From an uncultured Chloroflexia bacterium (lineage in GTDB: Bacteria > Chloroflexota > Ktedonobacteria > Ktedonobacterales > JADMIN01), in assembly GCA_963718915.1 (NCBI GenBank), contig CAVRAI010000009.1, forward strand, positions 150,001 to 182,000: DNA of 32,000 nt, given 5' to 3'. Both the position numbers and the translations under genes were made by a program. The notes beneath the pieces are model-generated. The model was not told where the DNA came from. It saw nothing but the letters and a program-made list of their open reading frames with translations, and searched no databases. Every line of letters starts with the position of its first letter. Position 1 is the stretch's first letter. Shown here one piece after another: positions 10,601-17,362 of this stretch.

Positions 10601-11107
10601 CTGGTCGCTCTGCGCCCTGGGCGATCAACTCGTCGGCCTCCACCTGATGGAACGCCACGCGCCCGCCATCACGCGCTACCCAGTCAAGGGCGACGACATC
10701 GTCGAAAAGGTGCGCTACACGGCGCCGGGGGGACCCTCTGCAGGCCTACGTCACCCTCCGCTAATGAAGCGGAGGGAACCAGATGGACGGGACCGCCGTG
10801 CGCCACTGGCTACGGTTCTGCCTCCCCTCTCCCGCTCGCTAGGGGAGGGGCCGGGGGAGAGGGCACGGGTCGCGTCTGGATCAACAACACCCAGTATTTC
10901 GAGGGCGTCCCGCCGGAGGTGTGGGAGTTCCACGTCGGCGGCTATCAAGTCTGCGAGAAGTGGCTCAAAGACCGCAGGGGCCGCACCCTCACCTACGAAG
11001 ACCTCAGCCACTACCAGCAGACCGTCGCCGCCCTCGCCGAGACCATCCGCCTGATGGCTGCAATAGACGAGACCATCGAGGAGCATGGCGGCTGGCCGCT
11101 GGAATAG
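7651..11107 (+). pseudogene. single-chain type IIG-like restriction-modification enzyme (N-terminal PD-ExK nuclease, gamma-class N6-adenine methyltransferase, type-ISP-like C-terminal specificity domain), heavily disrupted
   Basis: Domain evidence:
- N-terminus …GAPD58YVIS…IGYVE76AK78DIG gives a PD-(X)n-ExK motif (D58 at 7822-7824, E76 at 7876-7878, K78 at 7882-7884).
- Methyltransferase motif I LLLDPACGTGTFL lies near 8797-8832, ahead of motif IV NPPY (9198-9209).
- …NPKWLNDDYVKFLRFAQWRI…FITNHGYLDNPTFRGMRQSL…LNLHGNSKKKE…
- C-terminal YRPFDIRWTYY, FPLYLYPD and GGYQVCEKWLKDRRGRTLTYEDLSHYQ.

Frame changes occur near 8096, 8706, 9258, 9633, 9808, 9920, 10040, 10100, 10170 and 10330. There are in-frame stops at 8183-8185 (TGA) and near 10231 (TAA). 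A repeat insertion of about 135 bp at 10727-10866 also shifts the frame. Confidence 0.8.
10727..10866. repeat. about 135-bp insertion inside the R-M gene carrying two GC-rich hairpins (MITE/REP-like element)
   Basis: It lies between the conserved …EKVRYTAPGG and GRVWINNTQYFEGVP segments, which I would expect to be nearly contiguous in this type of C-terminal domain (from memory of related sequences, not checked). Hairpin 1 is CCCTCCGC (10754-10761) / GCGGAGGG (10769-10776) with a 7-nt loop. Hairpin 2 is CCTCCCCTCTCCC (10821-10833) pairing with GGGGAGGGG (10842-10850) or GGGAGAGGG (10855-10863). Confidence 0.6.
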
Positions 11108-11142
11108 TCCGCTTCACCCACCAGCGCCCCAAAAATTGGTGT

Positions 11143-11165
11143 GAGAGGAGAGGGGTGGAGAGGTC
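11143..11165. repeat. half-copy of the G-rich repeat (GAGAGGAGAGGGGTGGAGAGGTC)
   Basis: It lies 36 nt after the R-M stop codon. It matches the right half of the copy at 12525-12549 (GGAGAGGGGATGGGGGGGTGAGGTC), including the terminal AGGTC. Confidence 0.5.
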
Positions 11166-11290
11166 ATTCTTCGCTCTAGCGCGAAATTGCCAACTCATGT
11201 ACACTGGGGGAGCCAGCCGTGCAGGTTGGCGGATTTTTCGGCGAGGCATCGTGCGGCAAATAGCCAGGAGTGGTGAAAGGGAGCGGGCAG

Positions 11291-12475
11291 ATGAGTGATG
11301 CGCAGGGGGTCTCGGCGCAGGACGACACAGCGCCTATAGCGGCGAATCCGTCAGCGGCGTCATCAAAGGTGGAGCGCGCTTCGAGCGGTCGGCTGATCCG
11401 CCTGCTGGCGACGGTTGGCGCGCTTGTCTTCGCGTATGGCGCGTGGCTGCCCTGGGCCATCATCGCGGCTGCTCTCGGCGAGAGGCAGAGTTCGCCGGAG
11501 CTTGTTGACCCAAACATTGCCTTTACATCGCATCTGGTGAATCTGGGGAGCCTCGCGCCAACAGCGTTCGAGGTAGCGGCGTTCTCGGTGCTTGGCCTGC
11601 TGCTCGCGCCGCTGCTCTGGCGGCCCGCCGATTCGCTGCTCGGCGCGATTGCCACGCACATCTTCGGGCTATGGCTGATCTTCGCCACAGTTTTCGTCAT
11701 CGCGTTTGGCCTATCGCCGCTCGTCTCTGGCACGCCGCAGCCATTAATACCTAGCACAGGGCTTCTCGCCAACAGCATAACCATCACTGGCCATCTCGCC
11801 CTCGGCTTCTGGGTGGCGGCGGCGGCGCTGATTCCGATGTGGATCGCGGTCATTGGTCTGCTGATTGGTGAGTGGCGCAGACACGCCTTCTGGCACCTCC
11901 CCGGCAACGACGAGGACAGGCCCCGCTCGATCATCCAGCTCCCCGGCGCGGGTGTGCTGAATCTTGGCCTCATCATCTGGGCGTTCGGGTTCCTGTCGGC
12001 GGGCTGGGCTGCGGTCAATTGCAGTCAGACGCCGCTGCTCCTCGGCAGTTGCCGGGGTGTTTCCGGCCCCAGCGCGCTCTTCGCTGGACTCGCGCAGGCG
12101 ACTGGAAATGTCGTCGTTACCTCGGCCAACGACCCAAATATGCTGCTCTTCCTCGACCCGAATATCGCTCAGAACGCGATTGGCATCCTGCTGGGCATTG
12201 GCGCGGCGATGATCTTCATTGGCGTCTGGCTGCGCGCCGTGACCCGCACGTTCTGCGTCTGGACGACGCTCTGGCTGATAGCGGCGGTCGCGCTCGTCGG
12301 GCTGGCAAATTCGGGCGTCGGCGCCATCATCGCGCACCCCACACGCTATGGGCTATCCGCCGGAACCTGGACCGCGCAGGTAGGTGTCTTTATCACACTG
12401 ATCGGATTGATCATCGCGCTGGTGGGCCTGACCACGCTCTCGGCCACCGCCCTGCTGCGCAGGAATGTGGAGTAG
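11291..12475 (+). CDS. multi-pass integral membrane protein, unknown function
   Basis: Intact ORF 11270..12475. The ATG at 11291 is preceded by AAGGGAG. After a soluble N-terminus of about 40 aa there are at least 9 hydrophobic segments. No motif was recognised. Confidence 0.6.
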   Translation: MSDAQGVSAQDDTAPIAANPSAASSKVERASSGRLIRLLATVGALVFAYGAWLPWAIIAAALGERQSSPELVDPNIAFTSHLVNLGSLAPTAFEVAAFSVLGLLLAPLLWRPADSLLGAIATHIFGLWLIFATVFVIAFGLSPLVSGTPQPLIPSTGLLANSITITGHLALGFWVAAAALIPMWIAVIGLLIGEWRRHAFWHLPGNDEDRPRSIIQLPGAGVLNLGLIIWAFGFLSAGWAAVNCSQTPLLLGSCRGVSGPSALFAGLAQATGNVVVTSANDPNMLLFLDPNIAQNAIGILLGIGAAMIFIGVWLRAVTRTFCVWTTLWLIAAVALVGLANSGVGAIIAHPTRYGLSAGTWTAQVGVFITLIGLIIALVGLTTLSATALLRRNVE

Positions 12476-12510
12476 GCAGCTCCCTCCCGACATGGGTGGC
12501 GCATCTGGCT

Positions 12511-12549
12511 CCCCTCTCTCTGTCGGAGAGGGGATGGGGGGGTGAGGTC
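12511..12549. repeat. best copy of the G-rich palindromic repeat (hairpin plus GGGGGTGAGGTC tail)
   Basis: CCCCTCTC (12511-12518) pairs with GAGAGGGG (12526-12533) across a roughly 5-nt loop. This is followed by atgggggggtgaggtcc. The copy sits between the membrane-protein stop and lysS. Confidence 0.65.
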
Positions 12550-12553
12550 CGCG

Positions 12554-12562
12554 TGGTACAAT
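12554..12562 (+). promoter_or_regulatory. possible extended -10 promoter (TGgTACAAT) for lysS
   Basis: TGG at 12554-12556 is followed by TACAAT at 12557-12562, about 44 nt before the lysS ATG. No convincing -35 was found. Confidence 0.3.
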
Positions 12563-12605
12563 GCGCTCGTTTGCACTCATATGACGAGGAGGATGAGACG
12601 ACATT

Positions 12606-14090
12606 ATGTCGGACGAGCGAGAGGCCCGACTGGAGAAGCTGGCCGCCCTGCGCGCCGAGGGGATCGATCCCTATCCCGCGCGCAGTCACCGCACACACAC
12701 CGCCTCCGAGACTCTGGCGCATTTCGATGAGCTTCAGAGCCAGGAGCAAGAGATCACCCTGGTAGGGCGCCTGATGCTACGGCGTGAGATGGGGAAATCC
12801 GTCTTCGCCAATATCGAAGATGGCTCCGCGAATATCCAGATTTACTTCAAGCGCGATACCATCGGCGACGAAGCCTTCCACCGCCTCAAGCTGATTGACC
12901 TGGGCGACTTTGTGCAGGTAACTGGCACGCTCTTCACCACCAAAACCGGCGAGAAGACGCTTGCCGCCCAGCGATACGAGTTGCTCTCCAAGTCGCTGAC
13001 ACCACTCCCGGCGAAGGGCGCGGGCGGCGACCTCAAGCTCACCGATCCTGAGGTGCGCCATCGCAAGCGCTATCTGGACCTGCTTGCCAATCGCGAGGTT
13101 GAGTTCCCGATCTTTCAGGCGCGAGCCAAGATTCTGTCGTCCATGCGCCAGTTTCTCGATGCGCGTGGCTTCATGGAGGTGGAGACGCCGATTTTGCAGC
13201 CGCTCTATGGCGGCGCGACGGCTCGCCCCTTCGTGACCCACCACAACACACTGGACCGCGACTTCTACCTGCGCATTGCCCCAGAACTCTACCTGAAGCG
13301 GCTGATCGTTGGCGGCTTCGAGCGGGTCTATGAGATTGGCCGCAGCTTCCGCAACGAGGGGATGGATCGCGAGCACAATCCTGAGTTCTCGACGATGGAG
13401 TTCTACCAGGCCTACGCCGACTTCGAGGAGGTCATGCGGCAGGTCGAGGAGATGCACGCCCATATCACGCTGGCGGTCTGTGGCACGCTCCAGATAAGCT
13501 ACCTTGGGATGGCGCTGGATATGACGCCGCCGTTCCAGCGGATGACTCTGCGCGAGGCCATCGCCGAGTATGCTGGCATCGACTATGACGAATATCCCGA
13601 GCGTGACGCGCTGGCGGCGGCAATGCGCAAGAAGGGCCACACCGTCGACGCGAAGCTGGGGCGCGGCAAGCTGATCGACAACCTGAAGGACAGCATCACC
13701 CGTGGCCGCAACCCAAAGATCACGGGGCCAACCTTCCTCTATGATTATCCGTTCGACATCTCGCCGCTGGCCAAGCGCAAGCCCGACGACCCAAATACGA
13801 CCGAGCGCTTCCAGCTTTACGCTGGTGGACTGGAGATGGGTAACGCCTTCTCTGAGCTAAACGATCCGCTAGATCAGCGGGTGCGCTTCGAGGATCAGGC
13901 GCGCCAGCGGGCGAGCGGCGACGACGAGGCGCAGATGCTCGACGAGGACTATATCGAAGCGCTGGAGGTGGGGATGCCACCAACGGGCGGCTGGGGCGGC
14001 GGCATCGAAAAGCTGACGATGCTGCTCACCAACCAGGAGACGATCCGCGAGGTGATCCTCTTCCCGGCGCTACGCGAGCAGCACGAATAG
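12606..14090 (+). CDS. lysS: lysine--tRNA ligase, class II
   Basis: Intact 494-aa ORF with a GAGGAGGA SD. It has an N-terminal OB anticodon-binding region and class II motifs (…FMEVETPILQ…, …RIAPELYLKRLIVGGFERVYEIGRSFRNEG…, …GMPPTGGWGGGIEKLTMLL…). Confidence 0.95.
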   Translation: MSDEREARLEKLAALRAEGIDPYPARSHRTHTASETLAHFDELQSQEQEITLVGRLMLRREMGKSVFANIEDGSANIQIYFKRDTIGDEAFHRLKLIDLGDFVQVTGTLFTTKTGEKTLAAQRYELLSKSLTPLPAKGAGGDLKLTDPEVRHRKRYLDLLANREVEFPIFQARAKILSSMRQFLDARGFMEVETPILQPLYGGATARPFVTHHNTLDRDFYLRIAPELYLKRLIVGGFERVYEIGRSFRNEGMDREHNPEFSTMEFYQAYADFEEVMRQVEEMHAHITLAVCGTLQISYLGMALDMTPPFQRMTLREAIAEYAGIDYDEYPERDALAAAMRKKGHTVDAKLGRGKLIDNLKDSITRGRNPKITGPTFLYDYPFDISPLAKRKPDDPNTTERFQLYAGGLEMGNAFSELNDPLDQRVRFEDQARQRASGDDEAQMLDEDYIEALEVGMPPTGGWGGGIEKLTMLLTNQETIREVILFPALREQHE

Positions 14091-14148
14091 AGCGCCAGGG
14101 CAATAGCTGGCAGGCTCTGGGGTGACTGAACTGAATGCATGGAACTGG

Positions 14149-14177
14149 CTGCGGGGCGCGCCCCGCAGCGCCTTTTT
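14149..14177 (+). terminator. rho-independent terminator after lysS
   Basis: Perfect GC-rich palindrome CTGCGGGGCG/CGCCCCGCAG (14149-14168), followed by cgccTTTTT (T-run at 14173-14177). Confidence 0.7.
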
Positions 14178-14266
14178 CGCCGTGAGCAAGCGCGCCAACC
14201 GCTCCTCCGTTCGTCACAATATGGGCAACAAAGCCTGAATTTTCCAAGAACAAGCTGACTCTTCAC

Positions 14267-14295
14267 TTGACACTCACCTTAGCCTTGGATATACT
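14267..14295 (+). promoter_or_regulatory. near-consensus sigma70 promoter TTGACA-17-TATACT
   Basis: TTGACA at 14267-14272, an exact 17-nt spacer, and TATACT at 14290-14295. It would drive a leader of about 230 nt before the MEDS gene. Confidence 0.55.
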
Positions 14296-14529
14296 CTCCC
14301 CAGACGCCAATAGGCAGACCAGCATCAAACAGCGGCCCGAAGCGGATTTTCGTGACCGCGGTTTGACTTGTCGCGCAGAGCTTGTGTATTCCTCAGCGGT
14401 TCCTGTGCTCAGGCATGCGCTTCAGGCTATGCACTCCCGTCATACACCGTCCAGTTCAGTGCTGAGCTTGTGTTACGTAGTGTCATGCGGCAAGGTTTGT
14501 CCCTGACCCTCGAGAGCGGAGGTACAAGC

Positions 14530-15189
14530 ATGGATTTGAGTGTCGAGGGGAAATCCGAGCGGATTCCACCAGGTTCCCATATTGTTCAACTCTATAACAA
14601 GGTCAACGAAATCGCCGGGGTGACGGCGCGCTTACTGGAAGTCGGACTAGCAGCCTCGGAAAAATGTCTCTTTGCGGGAACGCCCGCCTCAGTCAAGGAT
14701 ATGGAACAGGCCCTTGCGAAGCAGGGGGTGGATGTCGCGGCGACACAGCAGACGGGTCAGCTTCAGCTCGTCTCGGATCGAGAGCCATTCTTAGTCAATA
14801 ACCGCTTTGATCCCTACCATTTACTCTCGACCCACCAGACTTTTATCGCGCAGGCGATGCGCGAAGGCTGGAAAGCAGTGCGTATCTCGATGGATATGAA
14901 CTGGCTGACCGAAGGCGCTGCCAACACAGGACAAATCCCCCAACAGATCCTCAAGTATGAAGCCGCATCCGATGCCGTTTTCACCTTCCAGAACGCCCCG
15001 ATCATCGCGCTGATGCACTACGATTATTCCAAACTCCCAGGCGGTCTCGTCGTGGAATTGCTGAAGCTCCATCCCATCGCGGTCGTGGGCAAGTTCATCA
15101 AGCGTAATCCCTATTACCTAAACTCGGAGCAATACCTGCTCAAGATTCTGCGTGTCAATCGCGACAAGGGCCGTGTCGTGGCTGTTTAG
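14530..15189 (+). CDS. MEDS-domain (DcmR-type sensory domain) protein
   Basis: The ATG at 14530 has a GGAGG SD 7 nt upstream. The pattern SHIVQLY…GL…EKC…, …WKAVRISMDMNWL…, …IIALMHYD…, …LHPIAVVGKFIKRNPYY matches the MEDS domain layout as I recall it. Confidence 0.6.
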   Translation: MDLSVEGKSERIPPGSHIVQLYNKVNEIAGVTARLLEVGLAASEKCLFAGTPASVKDMEQALAKQGVDVAATQQTGQLQLVSDREPFLVNNRFDPYHLLSTHQTFIAQAMREGWKAVRISMDMNWLTEGAANTGQIPQQILKYEAASDAVFTFQNAPIIALMHYDYSKLPGGLVVELLKLHPIAVVGKFIKRNPYYLNSEQYLLKILRVNRDKGRVVAV

Positions 15190-15206
15190 CTGTCTGGCTG
15201 TTTAGC
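15179..15206. repeat. 16-bp tandem duplication (TGGCTGTTTAGC x2) across the MEDS stop codon
   Basis: tggctgtttagc occurs at 15179-15190 and again at 15195-15206, separated by tgtc. Confidence 0.8.
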
Positions 15207-15289
15207 ATGGTCAACGTTTCAGGCGCTCCGCTCCGTACGGCTGAGGTAGAAAGATGCCGATACACTATCAGGAGCGCGCCGAGATAGAA

Positions 15290-15320
15290 GCCGCCGCCCA
15301 ATCTCGCGGCGGCTCTTCGC
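15290..15320 (+). terminator. possible weak terminator hairpin
   Basis: GCCGCCGC (15290-15297) pairs with GCGGCGGC (15306-15313) across an 8-nt loop. It is followed by tcttcgc, a poor U-tract. Confidence 0.3.
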
Positions 15321-15441
15321 TCATTGATGGCGCGGAGACGTGAAGGACACAGGACACAAGGAATGCATGGCGCGCGCGATGACATGCGCCGCCGCGCCCG
15401 CTCCGGGTAATACAGAACCGTGTCGGCCCAGTGAACTGGAT

Positions 15442-15960
15442 ATGGACGACGAGATGCCCAGGCCTAGAGTTGTACGCGCATTTTCCGCTGGTGGTGTTGT
15501 CTTTCGGCTTGCCACTGTTCTCCCGCCGATGGAAACCAACGCGGATACAGCGGAGATCTTCGGATCCACGCTGGCAGGCGTCGAGGTAGTGCTGGTCGGT
15601 TATCTGCGCGACGACACCTGGACGCTGCCCAAAGGGACGCCCGCAAGCGGCGAAACCGTCGAAGAGACGGCGCTCCGCGAGGTGCGCGAGGAGACTGGCA
15701 TCCAGGCGCGTATTGTGGGCGACCTGGGCAGCATCCAGTACAGCTTCGGGCGCCGGGGGGTGCGCTATGACAAAGAGGTGCGCCATTTTCTGATGGAGGC
15801 GACTGGCGGCGACGTGTCGCTGCACGATGCCGAGTATGATGAGGCGCGCTGGTTCGGGCTGGCGGAGGCGATGCGGCGGCTAACCTACGCGAATGAGACT
15901 GAGGTGGTGCGGCGTGCCGAGGCGCTTATCGGGCAACTCCTCGCGGGTGGCGAGCGCTAG
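15442..15960 (+). CDS. NUDIX hydrolase
   Basis: The Nudix box GETVEETALREVREETGI fits GX5EX7REUXEEXGU. The ORF is open from 15340 (GTG). The ATG at 15442 gives a typical 172-aa protein, but the start is uncertain. Confidence 0.8.
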   Translation: MDDEMPRPRVVRAFSAGGVVFRLATVLPPMETNADTAEIFGSTLAGVEVVLVGYLRDDTWTLPKGTPASGETVEETALREVREETGIQARIVGDLGSIQYSFGRRGVRYDKEVRHFLMEATGGDVSLHDAEYDEARWFGLAEAMRRLTYANETEVVRRAEALIGQLLAGGER

Positions 15961-15990
15961 GCGCGTGACGGCTGGTCGCAGGCGCTGGCG

Positions 15991-16194
15991 TTAGTAGCTA
16001 CCCGCCAGCGCGACATCGCCGACCAAATCCTGAATCTGCCGCAGTTTGCGTTCGGCCAGTTCGACATTTTCCAGCGCCTGAGCCAGAATGCGCTCAGCAA
16101 TCGATGTGAAGCTCTCTTCAATCTCCGGATCGAACCGGTTGCCGAGCAGTTCCAGGGCCTGCGTGATGCGATCATTGTCTTCCGTGTTGGCCAT
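15991..16194 (-). CDS. small helical hypothetical protein (67 aa)
   Basis: The ATG is preceded by GAGGTTGAGGTGA on the minus strand. The sequence is acidic with helical periodicity. The gene is convergent with the NUDIX gene. No family was recognised. Confidence 0.45.
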   Translation of the reverse strand: MANTEDNDRITQALELLGNRFDPEIEESFTSIAERILAQALENVELAERKLRQIQDLVGDVALAGSY

Positions 16195-16482
16195 CGTGTG
16201 TCACCTCAACCTCTGCCGTAATGAAGATTACAGAGCATGCCGAACCATACGCGAGTTGTGCGCCATTTGCGCGCCAGACCTGACGCCGCTAGTGCCATCT
16301 ATTCAACTGCGGGACACGCTAAAAAGTTTCGTAGGAAGACGGGCGACCACGTGATACGCCTACCGAGGTATTGTAACGGGCGCGACGCATACTGTCTACG
16401 GGGAAGGCATAGGCCTTTGGTTGGAGGAAGGGTAGTACTTGCGGGCGATGTCGGCGGCGCAAAAAGCACTCGGATATGCCCC

Positions 16483-16512
16483 TTGACATGGTCAGGAGGC
16501 TCGTGATACACT
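16483..16512 (+). promoter_or_regulatory. strong promoter candidate TTGACA-18-(TG)a-TACACT
   Basis: TTGACA at 16483-16488, TG at 16504-16505 (extended -10), and TACACT at 16507-16512. It points toward rpoB but sits about 850 nt upstream of the rpoB ATG. Confidence 0.45.
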
Positions 16513-17180
16513 AATAACCTGCGACGTTTTCCAGAGCACTCTTCCAGGCGTATTTTGAGATGCCGCGCGCTGTTCGATCTCCGGCGACCTCGGACAGCCA
16601 CTCCACTCCGTTCCATCGCGATTGCGATGTGATAGGGTGAGCGCATCATTCGTCGGCAGTCCGCCACCTGTGTCTGTGACCTGCCCAAGCGAGGATCGTG
16701 AACGCCACTCATCACCACATAGCATAGACGAACCAGCATGCCGTGTCAATTCCCCAAAATTGCGGCCTGCTGGTCTTGCGTGTGTGCAGACGGGTGTGTG
16801 ATAGCGGCATGAAAATCCTCCGCTGGCGCTGGAGCCAGGGCGCGGTGGCAACCCGAAACGACGTTCTCTACAGCACAGAAATCAGGCGCGATGAGCGACA
16901 CACTTCGGATGGATTATCTCGTCAGCCCTGGCGCTGACAATCGCGTTTGGCACGCCGTTTCTCCCTCGCAGAGCCAATCAGACCCCTGTCTGGTGCGGCC
17001 TGCCCCATTGGCACAACCGACACACATGGCACAACATACCCTGGAGGCGCTCCACAAGCTGACCCGATCCGGCGCTTCATCCCCACCGTCGCGGATGTCG
17101 CCCGCCGCGCCGCCACCGGATTCGGGTATCCCAGCCAGATGACTGCTTCGCGCGGAGACGCGACAGACGATCTGGCCTCG

Positions 17181-17199
17181 CTGACGATTGTCAGTTTTT
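17181..17199 (+). terminator. short terminator/attenuator-like hairpin in the rpoB upstream region
   Basis: CTGAC (17181-17185) pairs with GTCAG (17190-17194) across a 4-nt loop, followed by TTTTTATT. The stem is only 5 bp, so this is weak. Confidence 0.25.
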
Positions 17200-17362
17200 A
17201 TTCCAGCTTTCCCAAATACCTTTGCGTGTGGGCCGGGGCCACTGGCCGGGCGGAGGCAGAATAACGTTCGGAATAACGCGAACGCTGCCACTGATTCGGC
17301 AAGGCGCCGGGTAAAAAATGTCCCATACGATGCGGGCGACTGGCGAGAGGAGTTATTCACGC

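Noticed and set aside
16947-17264. A 105-aa ORF containing …IPTVADVARRAATG…, reminiscent of a LacI/GntR-type helix-turn-helix (…DVARRAGVS…). This could be a decayed regulator upstream of rpoB.
   Set aside because: The resemblance is limited to about 8 residues. No continuation (TVSR…) appears in any frame, and the rest of the ORF is not protein-like.
17318-17362. Upstream extensions of the ORF-track starts for rpoB (17318), rpoC (20985), rpsL (25518), rpsG (26265), rplC (30842), MEDS (14368) and the R-M gene (7444).
   Set aside because: The conserved N-termini and SD sequences sit at the internal starts given in the features. The extensions are unconserved-looking and lack ribosome-binding sites.
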